DNA of 64,000 nt from Octopus sinensis (GCF_006345805.1 NC_042999.1:66154001-66218000), one strand, 5' to 3'. Positions 41,482 to 55,559 are shown, counted from the first letter of the stretch. Program-made: numbers and translations. Notes: generated from the sequence alone by a model not told the origin.

Positions 41482-42384
41482 CAGGGGTTGGACAAAATAA
41501 TGGAAACACCTTAAAATTTCAATCAAATTTACATTAATATGGGGTAGGTAGGCCTTTGGCAGTAGTTAAACCTTGAATTCTACGGATTTTGGACTCGTAC
41601 AACGCTTGAATTGTTTCCAAAAGAATATTTGCCTATTATTCAGCTAAAACAGTCTCCAGTTCTTGTAGTGATGATAATGGAGGATATCGACTCTTTACTT
41701 GTTTTTCTAAAATACACCATAAATGTTCAATAATATTGAGATCTGGGGACTGTGGTGGCCAGATAATATGTTCAACTTTACTAGAATGTTCCTCGTGCTT
41801 TTCAGTAACAACTCTAGCTGTGTGAGTTGGTGTATTATCATCCTGAAAGATTGTGTTTCGCTCCGGAAACAGTTCCGCAACCATAGGATAAATTTGATCA
41901 GATAAAATTCTTAAATAGTCTTCACTATTAATTGTGCTGGCGGATTTCCAAGATGTAGCCCCCCACCCCAACCCCAGATCATAACATATCTTCCTCTATG
42001 ATCAACAGTTGGAAGAAGGTAGTCTGGGTCAAATGACACTTTTGGCGGTTATCATACGTATACTCGGCCGGTGGTCGGACATAGGAAATGCATGACTTGT
42101 CCTAGAAAATAACATGCTTCCACTGTCTAGCGACCAACTCTGTAGGTTTTTACTCCACTCTAAACGCTTTGCAACATTTGTTTTTGAAAGTAGTGGTTTT
42201 CTGATTGCAGCCCTCCCGGGAAATCCGGTTTTGTGCAGCTCCCGGCGCAGTTTTCGTGGAAACTGGATTCTCGAGGAGCTCATTAAACTCTGCAGTAATT
42301 TTGGGAGCTGTGCGTTTTGTGATCCTTTTTAACAATTCACATAAGAGTCCGGCGATCCCAGGCTGAAAGTTTTGGTTTACTTCC
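41482..42384 (-). mobile_element. Tc1-family (DD36E-spaced) transposase remnant with intact TIR
   Basis: TIR CAGGGGTTGGACAAAATAATGGAAACACC. Peptides RKPLLSKTNVAKRLEWSK and FQDDNTPTH...WPPQSPDLNIIEHLW; frameshifted. Confidence 0.92.
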
Positions 42385-42389
42385 TTGTT

Positions 42390-43402
42390 AACTGCTACGT
42401 CATTTTATCGAAATCGTTTGTCGAACGCTAAGTCATTTTATCGCACCCGTTTCGCGAACAGCTACGTCATTTTATCGATCTCGTTGGGCGAACCGCTAAG
42501 TCATTTTATCGACCACGTTTGGCGAACGGGTTCGAGAAAATGACGTAGCAGTTCGACAAACGAGATCGATAAAATAACTTAGCGGTTCGCCATACGAGAT
42601 CGATAAAATGACTTAGCGTTTCACAAAAAAATGAGTTTGATAAAATGACTTAGCGATTCACCAAAAATGAGTAACATAAAATGACTTAGTGGTTCGCCAA
42701 ACGAGATCGATAAAATGACGTAGCGGTTTGACAAATGAAATCGATAAATTGACGCAGCTGTTCAACAAACGAGATCAATAAAATGACGTAGCCATTCGCC
42801 AAACGAGTTCGATAAAATGACGTAGCAGATCGCCAACTGTGATCGATAAAGTGACGTAGCGGTTCGCCAAATGGGTTCGATAAAATGACGTAGCTGTTCG
42901 CCAAACGAGATCGATAAAATGACGTAGCGGTTCGGCAAACGAGATCGATAAAATGACGTAGAGGTTCGCCAAACGAGATCAATAAAATGACTTAGTGGTT
43001 CGCCAAACGAGATCGATAAAATGACTTACCGTTTCACAAAAAATGAGATTGATAAATTGACATTAGCGATTCACCAAAAATGAGTAACATAAAATGACTT
43101 AGCGGTTCGCCAAACGAGATCGATAAAATGACGTAGCGGTTCAGCAAACGAGTTCGATAAAATGATGTTGTGATACTAGATGTTTCCACAATGTTCACGA
43201 TGATAATGCACCAATTGAAACAGCTACATTTTTTTAGTGAAATTAAGCATCTCATTTTATTGATCACGTTTGGCGAAACGCTACGTCATTATATCGATCT
43301 CGTTTGTCGAACCACTAGGTCATTTTATCGATCTCGTTTGGCGAACCGCTAAGTCATTCTATCGATCTTGTTTGGAGAACAACTAAGTCATTTTATGGTC
43401 TC
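42390..43402. repeat. 34-bp minisatellite in three blocks of alternating orientation
   Basis: Unit CGCCAAACGAGATCGATAAAATGACGTAGCGGTT. Blocks at ~42390-42528, ~42529-43167 (opposite orientation) and ~43251-43402. Confidence 0.92.
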
Positions 43403-43648
43403 AATGTTATTGAACATTTATGGTGCGTTTTAGAAAAACAAGTCGATATCCTCCACCATCATCACTACAAGAAATAGAGACTGTTTAACTAAGAATGGAC
43501 AAAAATCTCTTTGGAAACAATTCAAGCGTTGTACGAGTCTATACTTCGTAGAATTCAAGATGTAATTACTGCCAATGGTGACCCTACCCCATATTAATTT
43601 TAATTTGCTTGAAATGTTAAGGTGTTTCCATTATCTTGTTCAACCCCG
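43397..43648 (+). mobile_element. Tc1 3' end with TIR, facing outward
   Basis: LNVIEHLWCVLEKQ...RRIQDVITANGDPTPY*, then GGTGTTTCCATTATCTTGTTCAACCCCG|TA. Confidence 0.9.
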
Positions 43649-44225
43649 TATATGCATAAATATATATACTTCTACGTTCATACCTTCTCTTTTATTTGTG
43701 TGTGTGTGTGTGTGTGTGTGTGTACGTGTGTGTATGCGTGCGTGTGTGTGTCCCTTTAATTCAGGTAGCTACCGATTCGATAAATACAGATACATAAAAT
43801 AAGTTCCAGACTGAAGAGTTCTAATATATGATTGACTAAACTTCAGAAAAATTTGCTCCAGCACGGCCACATTTCTAATGCGGAATTTCATGAAATAGCA
43901 AAACCGAATACTAGTTAAATCAATTGTGCCCCTGTTCTATAACAATACGATGTAGAAGTTATTCTCGTGTAAGTTATCCAATCACGACACTGAATACGAC
44001 ACGCAGGTCAACTTTATTGATCCAGTGTTCTTTAAGGATGTTTTCGTCTTTACTCAGGAGATGCAAGTAAACTGAAACAGCTTCATTTGGGAATTGCGAT
44101 TGAGCTGGCAGTTACGTTGATTGATATTCTAGGTTGATCCTTCATCTCACTTTACGAACCCTTGGTCTTATGTTGTTGCAGTTGTTCTGTTTTTTGCTGT
44201 CTACTCCCTGATAAATCCTCATCTA

Positions 44226-44767
<542 letters not shown>

Positions 44768-45591
44768 TATTTTTTTTCTTTTGTTCTTTTTAGAATGATT
44801 AAGCTCTTGAATTTAAAATCGTATGAGATAACAGCCTTATGGTTGTTATCTCTATCAGATTTCTGATTACTTTGCGATGGCCTCTAAATATGTACTAAAC
44901 AATTATTATATTTGTAAGCTAATTTCAGAACTTTTAATAGGAAAGACTTGGAAATGTAAAGATTAATAAACGAGAAAGCATATTGAACCATAGTCTCCTC
45001 TCAATACTAAAATAGCTGCTCCCTTATATGTAACACAGCTTGAAGAAAAATTTAATGCATCTTAACAGCCTATATCACATAAATTTGGCATGTTGTTCCT
45101 TTCCTAATTTCATTTGCGTAGCTCAAGCTTTTGCAAGATTCAGAAATTTAAATAATCTAATTTCCTTTCCCAGTTCATGCATCTCAAAACATTACTAGCA
45201 ACCGAGAGCTTTATTTCCTTCTTTAGATGACATGTGATTTAGTGTCAATTCTTTGCTTAAATTGATTCTAAGTTTTAATACATTTTGCATTGGCCTGCAT
45301 ATCTTAGCACACGACTTCCCAATTTACGTATTTATTCGTAAGTAAAATGTGGAAAGTATATGGATATAGAGATGTGTAGGGTTAGTGAAGTAAGATCATC
45401 AGATACATATCCTACAAAAAGATGTAATCCATATTAGCTGCATTTCAGCGATACATAAATTGTGAATAGCGTTTCAGTTAATTGTAATCAAACAATTTTT
45501 AAATTATTGAACTTTCAAGAAGCCAAGGATGTGACTTCTAGATATAAGTTGCCCAATGTGGACAAAAAATTCCTCAAATCAGAGTCTATTC

Positions 45592-45826
45592 ATATTTGTT
45601 TATTGCCCAGAAGGGGCTAAACACAGAGGAGACAAACAAGGACAGACAAACGGATTAAGTCGATTATATCGACCCCAGTGCGTTACTGGTACTTAATTTA
45701 TCAACCTCGAAAGGATGAAAGGCAAAGTCGACCTCGGTGGATTTGGAGATCAGAACGTAGCGGCAGACGAAATACCGCTAAGCATTTCGCCCGGCGTGCT
45801 AACGTTTCTGCCAGCTCGCCGCCTTC
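45592..45826 (-). mobile_element. Young full-length SINE family B with 15-bp TSD
   Basis: Head on minus GGCGGCGAGCTGGCAGAAACGTTAGC and core GCCTTTCATCCTTTCGAGGTTGATAAATTAAGTACCAG. TSD AATCAGAGTCTATTC at 45577 and 45827. Confidence 0.93.
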
Positions 45827-47077
45827 AATCAGAGTCTATTCTGTTAAAATGAAGACATTGTACGATATGTAACATGTTATGTAATATATGAAAATATCTC
45901 AGAGCCTGAATGAATTTCTTGATAGTTATATTTTGTTGAACTCTACAGCAATAACAATATCGTCATAAAGCGCAATATTCAGTTCATGATCTCATTGTAA
46001 ATACGTAGGTTAGATTCTATTCAATTGAGGAGGTACTCTTTAGTTTAGTGGCGTTAAGGTTAGTGAAGCACACAATGACTGCCTTCTGAATACATTGCTT
46101 CTAGTACAAGGAAAATGAGGCGCCGCGTGATTCTTTTGTTCTGGTGTTTGAAGACACAGCCTTAGTTCTCATCAGTTTTGAGCATAAAAAGGAGCCACGG
46201 GGAATCCCCAAATACAGACACTCTCATCTCTTTCCACTGATAACATCTGAACGCAGCAATCAAACGAAGTATTAGCAATATATTGTATAACAACAGCTTA
46301 CATTAATAAAGTAAACAATGTAGTAGTATCAAAAGTTGATACTGTGTCTGTACTGGTCAGTTTAGAGGTGTCTTAATCATACATACGTTTCTTAATGACG
46401 ACCGAAATCAAAAGAAATGTCGAGTGCATGACTAAAATGTTGATGCGTTCTTCGGTTTTTCTATATGTCCGATAATTTTCTTTGATGTACTAGTTGAAGA
46501 TATTCCAAACGTATTTAACTATTCTTTATCAGTATATACGACTACAATTTCCAATGTACTCTTCTCCGTTCAACAGTGTTGGAGCTCTTACAGCCAAATT
46601 TAGCAGGTCGCGAGATTGATAGAAGTCTCCTCATTAGTTCGAGTAAATGAAGTTTTCTTCAGTGGTGATCCAACATTACCTATAGGTTATGGAAAATTAA
46701 TATAATTTTATTTCATTACAGGTACAATAGGCCGTAGGACTGCAACAATCAGTCGGATACTAACATTCAAGTAATATCTACTTCAACATTGTTGAAGTAG
46801 TTTTCGATAGTGGAATTTTGAAAGACTGAAAATAGATCAAAATGTAACGGAATGCCAAACTAGAATTGAAATCAATATTTTTGGCTTCGTTCCAATCTAA
46901 TTTAAGCAGCTGGAATATAAGTGAAAACTTATAAAGATACCATCTAAATGTAGCTTACAATGATGGGCCTTTGTAGGGAACGATCATACGAATATATTCA
47001 TAGAATGAAAAGGGCAATGCAGATGATTAAGATAGTATAGTGCAGTTACTATCATATAGTAACAGAAGCAACAGATA

Positions 47078-47522
47078 TTGGTTTCAAATTTTGGTACATG
47101 GACAAGTTCGAAAGAGGTGGTAGGTCGATGTAATCGACCCCAGTTCTTGACTGCTACTTATTTTTTCGACCCCGAATGGATGTAAAGCAAAGTTAACCTC
47201 GGTGGAATTAAAACTCTGAAGGTGAAGACAGACGAAAGCCAGTAAGTATTTCGCTTGACATGCGAACACTTCTGCCAGCTCGCCGACCTTGAAGCACTGA
47301 ATATTAGTTTAAAATTTTGGTATAAGGCCAGCAGGTTCGTGTGTGGGTGTAAGTCAATTAAAACGACTACAGTGTTCAACTGCTACATATTTTATCGGCT
47401 GCGATGGGATGAAACGGACAGTCAACGTCGGCGAAATTTGGACTCAGAACGTAACGAGGGACGGAATGCCGCTAAGCATTTTTGGCCGGCGTGCTAACGA
47501 TTCTGCCAGCTCAACGCCCTTG
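47078..47522 (-). mobile_element. Two tandem degenerate SINE family B copies
   Basis: Two heads (TTCTGCCAGCTC at ~47270 and ~47501), each preceded by family B body and tail sequence. Confidence 0.75.
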
Positions 47523-48090
47523 AAAGACTAAATATTAACAATAATGTTAAAACAGTAATATCATAAACTACTGATTCTTTGTAACGCAAAAAATTCACTC
47601 TATAGTATAAAATTATATGCCATAAGAAAGAATAGTGCTGTTTCGTGTAGAAATACTTTGCCGAATACGAAGCGCTATTGGTGGATAAACAAACAGGCTT
47701 TTATATATCTGGTCGTTGTCTAACTAAGCAGTAGTAATTGAGATGCGAAATGTAAACATTGCTGAGTTTTGCTACACGTAATTAGGGTGCGTGACTAAGT
47801 TTGTGATCTTGTGCCTATGTTAAAAAAAAACAAAACATTATTTATATAGTTTTTTTTTGTGTTTTACTAATCTCAGTCATTGGACTGCGGTAACACTGGG
47901 GTCTTGTTATGTTTCGTTCTTTTATATTCAGTCGCTTTTTCTGGACCACTAATTACGGGGCGTTAGTTATCAAGTCATAAGTTCGACAAATACAAAGACA
48001 CGCACACATCCCCACACACAGACACATATACACACATACTTACAGATGCACACACATGTGCATGTGTGATAGACCGATAGATAGATAGAT

Positions 48091-48300
48091 AAGTTTCTTT
48101 ATTGGCCACACAGGGCTGCACACAGATGGGACAAGTTACAAGGTAGAGCTTTTCTTTTGGGGGATGAAAAAAACCAAAAAACAAAAGGAACAAAAAAAGG
48201 GGTGGCATAGGTTTTCGATCAAGAGGGATCGTAAAAGGGAAGAAAAGAACAAAAAAAAAAATTTTTAAATAATAAAATAAAATAAAAAATTAAAAAATTG
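48091..48300 (-). mobile_element. Retroposon 3' end inserted in (GATA)n
   Basis: Minus 3' end CCCATCTGTGTGCAGCCCTGTGTGGCCAATAAAGAAACTT followed by (ATCT)n; flanked on both sides by GATA repeats. Confidence 0.6.
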
Positions 48301-48329
48301 ATAGATAGATAGATAGGTAGGTTGGTAGG

Positions 48330-48415
<86 letters not shown>

Positions 48416-49552
48416 CACGACGGGTTTCTATCAAATTCGCCCTCAAAGCATTGATCGGCCCAGGCCGTAGAAATATTTACCTGAAATGCAATGCTGTGGT
48501 GCTTGACCTAAATTCTCGTGGATCGAAAGTGAGTATCGGAGGCAATAACACAGCAACGAGTGCGCCTTTAACGATCCATAAAATAATCTCTGGACAAATC
48601 CGTAATCAATATAATGATCTGTACGTGACTTTTTCTATACATTTTTTTTATGCCTTGTTTGTGTTTCAGTAAATGTTGATGGTATTCTCAAGGAGGTAGA
48701 TGACAAACTCTCGAAAGCATTGGATAGAACACCTTGCAATTTTCACTTACACTTCTTTCTGCGCTTCGTCGTAATATTCAAGCGGTAGCTGTGTCCTTTA
48801 TTCTTTCGGGTTAGATACATTAAAGTACTTGTTGAATAGAACGGTTGATTTGATCATCTATAACTCTATCTGTGCCTATTTCGGAATTATTATAAGGGTA
48901 AAGCATAGTCTATTCAGTTAAGCGCCGGGTACAGTGTCATTTGATATTTACTTAGCTTACTTTAAGGTCTATATTAAAAGCAAGGGGGTTTTAAGTGGCT
49001 TCCCATCATCTGTTAGCACATTGCTTGTAATGCTGTTATGTTTAGGCCGCGTTTGATACATATTGAGCAAGTTCAAGATCAAAAAGGCCTCTTCCATAAT
49101 CACCTTATATTGAAAACAACCAGTAAAATATTCAGTTACATTATCCAACGAATTTAATTTGTTATTTTATTTTCATTCAAGAATATAGGTTATGTTATGA
49201 GGTTTCCTGCACTGTTATTTATAGCGGAATGACTGACCATATATCTCGTGGCTATACTATTTAGTAGTTTCTTTCCAGCGTGAATAAGTAAGATGTAATC
49301 ACAGCTATTCAGATAAATAAAGTGACAAATTTGACAGCAGCAAATAGACAATACAAAACCGTTGTACATTATACACCTTGAATCAGATTTTAGTGTCAAT
49401 TTTCCCACAATAATACAGACAAGACAGTATCAGCACAGTACGAAGGAGACGACGACAATGGCATCGAGAGAAGACTGACGCCTATCATATAGTATGGCTT
49501 GTCATTCTGTATTGTTTCTTAATATTGCCGTTATCTGTATGCTGCTGGACGC

Positions 49553-49584
<32 letters not shown>

Positions 49585-49611
49585 TATATATATAATATAT
49601 ATATATATATA

Positions 49612-49643
<32 letters not shown>

Positions 49644-50282
49644 ATATATGCGTCTGTGTGTCTGTATGTGTGTATATATGTGTGCGTGTGTGTGTCTGTG
49701 TGTCTGTGTGTGCGCACGAATGTTTGTGTGTGTAAATATGTATTATTTATACACAAGCGATGTATGCAAACGAGCATACATATATGCATACATATAGATG
49801 CACACACACATAGACATACACACAAATACATACACACTCACACATACAAACATACACAAACACACGTATATCTTCTCAAAATTTCTTTGCAGGGAATGTG
49901 TGTGTGTTCGTATATGAACGTACACAGATGTTTCACGTTTTCGCTGAATGTATACCCGGGCGTATATCATCTACGCAAATATGCATCCCACACTTAAGCT
50001 ATGTCGTGTATACGCCAATATGTGTTTATACCCAGTTCTGCAAGTTTGAGCGAGAACGAATCAATCAGTAAGTAATTTGTTAATTAATTAATTGATACTT
50101 GCAGAACATTAACTTGTATGTCTCCAAATCTCACATAAAATGCGTTTTATTAGATAATGCATTTTGATTCGTTGCAGAATATAGAAACGGGGACACAGCT
50201 AGTTTTATATCATTATATCTCAGGAGACTAGAAGGAAAAACATTATGTATATTCAGTGCACCTTCTTCATTACTCCTCTATT

Positions 50283-50462
50283 GCTTACAAATTTTGGCAC
50301 AAGACAAGTAATTTCTTTGGAGGGGATGAGTCGATTGTATTGACCCTACTGCTCAACCAGTACTTATTTTATCGACCCCGTAAAACTAAAAGGCAAAGTC
50401 AACCTCAGCGGAATTTGAACTCAGAACGTAAAGACGAACAAAATGCTGCGAAGCATTCCGGC
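50283..50462 (-). mobile_element. Degenerate SINE family B copy
   Basis: CAGTACTTATTTTATCGACCCC...AAAGGCAAAGTCAACCTCAGCGGAATTTGAACTCAGAACG. Confidence 0.75.
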
Positions 50463-52919
50463 TCGCTTTCTTCATTACTTTTATATTAGTTATTCATATT
50501 TCTCACCAAGCCATGATTTAGGATTTACCTAGAAATGATCATAATCGTAATGATGTCGGCTGATGTCGGGTGTTGAAATAAAACACACGCATTTAAATGT
50601 CATTTGTGCTAATAATTTTAGGTTATAATTATTTTCCCGCGATATGATATTGTTTAAATTATTTTAAATATTTTCACTTATTGTTTAATTGTTTTAACAA
50701 ACACTTTACTATGTTGTACGAATACTGCACATTCTTAGCATAAACGTTGCCGATCGAGTTGGCTTAGAACGCATGGATCCAGAAGAAATGCTTTGCTTCA
50801 GAGTTTAAATCCTACCCAGGTAACTTTTACATTTTATAATTTCGAGAGTCAAGAAAATTAGTACATCTCGTGCTTGGTACAATGTAATTGAGTAACCCGC
50901 CCTCATTAAAAATACTGAACTTGTTTCAAAATTGTTAATTAATACAGCAATATATGTGTGTGCACGTGTGTGTATGTGCGTGTGTGTATGCGTTCGTGTG
51001 TGTGTGTGTGTGTGTGTGTGTCCGTGTGGAACATGCCTCATTCTTCTTATTTTCTCAGGACAATTTCGTCCTATCAGCAATACTACATTCTGTTTTAATA
51101 AATATACACCTAAATATATTTTATCTATTTTTATAACACACATCAATGGAAATACCATTCTTATCATGTAGTTGTGTAAACTGGAAATATATACCACAAA
51201 TAACATCATCAAACACCTGAGTTACTTATTTCTGCATTAGTGAAGTTCTGTTTCATCTAAAATTCTTCCCTGTTATAATTTGAACGGTCAGATTTTTCTG
51301 CAAATAAAATCATTAATGTAGCTATGTTGCTAAAATTCAGGCTCTACATTCCTATCTTTCTTCTCTGCTCAAGTTTAAGGAGCACAATTTTATTCAGTGT
51401 ATAATTTCCCCTTATGAGATTTAATTTTCTTTGCAATGTTTCCTTTTCGAAACCACATCTTCCGTGATAGCACGCCCATGTAAACACAAACGTAGAGAGA
51501 GTACCATTTCTGCTATGTTTTCGGACAATATATATATATATATGCTATAGATATAAAATCTTTATCATGATCATAAAAATCGATACAAAGATAGGACACT
51601 ACAGGACAAAAAAGTTATGTAGTTCGTTTGGTATTTACAAAATCTAGAATAATAAATATAATACTAGACTTTAAATTTATCCATTTTTTTTTTAATTAGC
51701 CAGGTAAGTATAGAACAGTACAGAGTTTTACCCGGCAGCCTGAAAGCCTAGCAACTATTTTCTCCTTTCATTGATGATTAAGCTGGGTTACTCACACCCA
51801 CCTTTCTCATCACATCATTCTGTATCCAGATGTGGAAACCCACATCTGAATATACTTATGACTTCAAAAGTATATCAGTGAAACGCATCGCTTAAGGCGT
51901 CTATAGTAGAGCAAGAACTGTATAAATGAATACACTTGAATATTAAAGAATACGCTTGATGGCTTGTGCAAAGCTTTTACAGGCTGGAAAATCCCAGTTT
52001 TATAGCCTCACTAGGAAGTATCGAATCAATATTATAAATAATTTCGTCGAGGGTAACTCCACGTTTGAGAGTGTGAGAGCGACTCAGATATAATATACAC
52101 AATTTCTGTACCTTTTTGTGTGCATATGTGTATTCATGTACGCTTGTATGAATGTTTGTAAGTATATCTATATGAATGTGTGTCTGTATATATGTGTGTA
52201 TAAACTTTGGTCAGTTTGTGTCTGTCATTCAATCAAGGCTGAAAATGTATGTGTAATGGATTTTTAAATATTCTTTTAGTCTGGTGTCATCCATGCGGAT
52301 GTAGTCAGGCTGGAGCGCCACCGTGTAATTGTGTACGTAGGCGTGAATAAAATTGTTTCTGAGCCTTAATATTCGTAATTGTAAGTAATTATAAACATAC
52401 ATAGGTACATACATAAACACACACACATACATACATACAATACCATACTTACAATACAATACATACATACATACATACATACATACATACATACATACAT
52501 ACATACATACATACAATACGTACAGACAATACCTTCTTACTTTCAATAACAACGGTTTATAATCGAACCAAACGAAACGAAATCTTTTGAGAGAGGTATC
52601 TCTTTTTCTTTTTCTTTTATAGCGAGGATGCCTGTACATGTATATTTACACTAGCAGAAATGTAGAAGAGACCAGAAGATCTCTGAGATGATTCCGATTC
52701 AACTATACATACCCAAATCAATTATTTTATTAATTAGGAATAAATGTAGTGTAATAAATATGAGTACCTCATCATAAAATAAAGCATCACGTACATTATA
52801 CAGTAAAAATCAATGACATCGCAAAAATTATGAATTAATGACAATAAAGATATACTTTTACACAATGTATATATGTGTGTGTAAGTAATATATATATCTG
52901 TATATGTGTATGTATGTGA

Positions 52920-52960
<41 letters not shown>

Positions 52961-53580
52961 TGTGGTGTGTGTGTGTGTGTGAGTATAAAAACGAACCACT
53001 AACATAAAATATAAAAAAACTAATTAACGCAACCTATAAATAATGCATCCACACGTATATAATTGTACATCAATTATATTCTAAAAGTTCCACAGCATAT
53101 AAAAATATTTTTACAATAAAAAGTGATATTTCAAAAAATCTTATTCATAACCTATGAGATTTATAGCAATTTGAGGGCGTACTGGAATATTTATAACTTC
53201 TTGCGGATACTGATATAATGAATGTCAAATTAAGTAAAATTATGTGGATATTAACGGCAAATATAGATACAGTGGTAATATTTATCTTATATTTTGTGAG
53301 AATCGTAATATTGTTATTAGAAATTAGATCGACTGAGGTGTCTACCAGAAGACACATATCATTGTACAGAGTTCTCCAAATATTTTAGCATAGTGTATTC
53401 AAAGCACAGCAAGGATAGGTCGAATTTGCCTTGGATCTTTCCCCGGTCTGCAAACTGAGCGTTTCTGATATATTTTTCCAGCATCCTCTATGAACAAAAT
53501 ATGTAGGCTTGTGCCATTAAATACTTTTTTATTGTAATTCCAAATTCTTCCGTGAATTGCTTTCCAGTTATTCTATCAGT

Positions 53581-53700
53581 AGTCGATACAATAAGCAGCA
53601 GTCAAATACTGTGGTTCATTGATACATATCTTCCCTATAAAACGTTTGACCTTGTTTCGATTTCAAAGTAATACCATCGGAATAGTTTTAAATGAAATAC
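53581..53700 (-). pseudogene. Possible Pif1-like (Helitron) helicase C-terminal relic
   Basis: QGQTFYREDMYQ*TTVFDCCLLY aligns without gaps to the Pif1 motif QGQTF..VG.YL...VF.HGQLY. Weak. Confidence 0.35.
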
Positions 53701-54380
53701 TTAATGTATTATCCCTTAAATCTCTGAGTACCAATACCTCCGTAGAAGTCGATGTTTTTTACTGTTCCTAAATAAATAAATTGCCAATCAAACACTCACT
53801 CGCTGGGTATATATCTTTTCGCACTTCCCAAATATTGTGACATTTATTGTTATAGGCATTTGTTACTTGTGATTCAGTTGAGGAAGCGACCTGGCAGAGT
53901 CTTTTGTGCGCGGAAAGCAATGTTGCTAACTATTTCATGTTATATGTTCAAATTCCGCCAAGGTCGACTTTGCCATTAATCTATTCCAGATCGATGAGAA
54001 TACCTACAAGCTGACCACTGGGGTCGACATAATCCAATGGACCCCCCTTCCACAATTTCGGGCCTTAGAGTGGAAAGGATTACTTGTGATCCTATCAATA
54101 GAAATGCCTCGTCTGTAGCTATTATCTGTACATCGGAGCCGTAATATAAGTACAGAATATGATTTCTCAAAAAATATTTATCCAAGAACAGTTGTTTGTT
54201 TAAAATAGCTGAGGAACTAAGTCTCTGACGTAATTACACTGTTGATCCATTTTGATTATCTTCTACATAGGGTCCGTCTACCAAAGTTCATTCACAAACT
54301 GTCATGCATGCATAAACACACACACATACACACACACATACATATACATATACACATACACACACATATTCTTTTTTTTT

Positions 54381-54590
54381 TCTTTTACTTGTTTCAGTCA
54401 TTTTAACTGGCCATGCTGGAGGACTGCCTTCTTTAGTCGAAGAAATCGACCCGAAGGACTTATTCTTTGTAAGCCTAGTACTTATTCCATTGGTCACTTT
54501 TACCGAACCGCTAAGTTACGGGGACGTATACAAACCAAGATCGATTGTCCAGCGATGGTGGAGGGAGAAACACAGACACCAACACACAAA
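54381..54590 (-). mobile_element. Partial SINE family A (3' half)
   Basis: TTTTACTTGTTTCAGTCA...TAAGCCTAGTACTTATTC...CCGAACCGCTAAGTTACGGGGACG. Confidence 0.8.
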
Positions 54591-54994
54591 TATATGCTTT
54601 AAATATATATCTATATATATATACAATTTTCTTTGAATAACAAATTGGCTCCAGAAATCCAGAATACGACTGGTTGAATATACTAGATTCTTCTTGGGGC
54701 TTCCTTACTCATAAGGGAACACATAAGGGAAATCTATGCCGTGGCCGAGTTCTGCCTTCAAATGATGTCGATGTCTTTGAAGTTGATGAAGGGGAGTTTT
54801 CTGTTTGTCATATTAGTATATTTTTGTTAATTTGACGCGCTAAATACCGGCTACTGAAAAAAAAACGATCAAATCTATTAACGAGACGATAAGCAACACG
54901 TGTGTGAGTGTGTCTATATACATTCCTGTAAACATATACACACATATGTATATGTGTATCTCTCTTTTACCCTTTCTCCTTTTCTCTCTTTCAT

Positions 54995-55032
<38 letters not shown>

Positions 55033-55394
55033 GTTCTTAAAGTCAAACGTACGCACACACACATGTACTCGTAATTAATCAACCAATACAGAATCTCATG
55101 TCACTGCCAAATACGCTAGCTTTGATTGTTGTACAACTAATTAGAAATTAGTTGGAGACATGACAAATTCTCTATGTGAAATAAACTGATGTAAATTATG
55201 AATCTCCAGTATGACTATACATTATGCAACACACAAAGCCGAAAGTGTTGAACGTTTTCTTCTTCCTCGTTTGCTCTCATTTGTATATATCGTTCTCTTA
55301 TACACAAACGTGTGAATATACAATATCTTTCTCTCTATCTATTTCTTTGCGTGTGAGTGTGTGTGTGTGTAAATATATAAATATATATATATAT

Positions 55395-55435
<41 letters not shown>

Positions 55436-55437
55436 CG

Positions 55438-55559
55438 GTAATATGCTTTATTTAAAAGCAGCAGAAATATAACAAAAACTGTCCGACGAACGGGAAGGTG
55501 AAACTCCGAGTAACAGCTTTTGCTATATTTCTGATGCTTTTAAATCAAAAGCATATTAC
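55438..55559. repeat. Palindrome (~45-bp arms) whose loop is a hammerhead-like motif (55479-55516, +)
   Basis: Arms GTAATATGCTTT...CAAAAACTGT and ACAGCTTTTG...AAAGCATATTAC. Centre CTGT-CCGACGA-AC...GT-GAAA-CTCCGAG-TA-ACAG. Confidence 0.7.

Noticed and set aside
42390-43402. CRISPR array (34-bp repeats)
   Set aside because: Units are contiguous with no unique spacers, there are no cas genes, the context is eukaryotic, and the unit matches a SINE segment.
44950-46900. Decayed transposase
   Set aside because: Complex sequence, but no convincing ordered motifs could be read.
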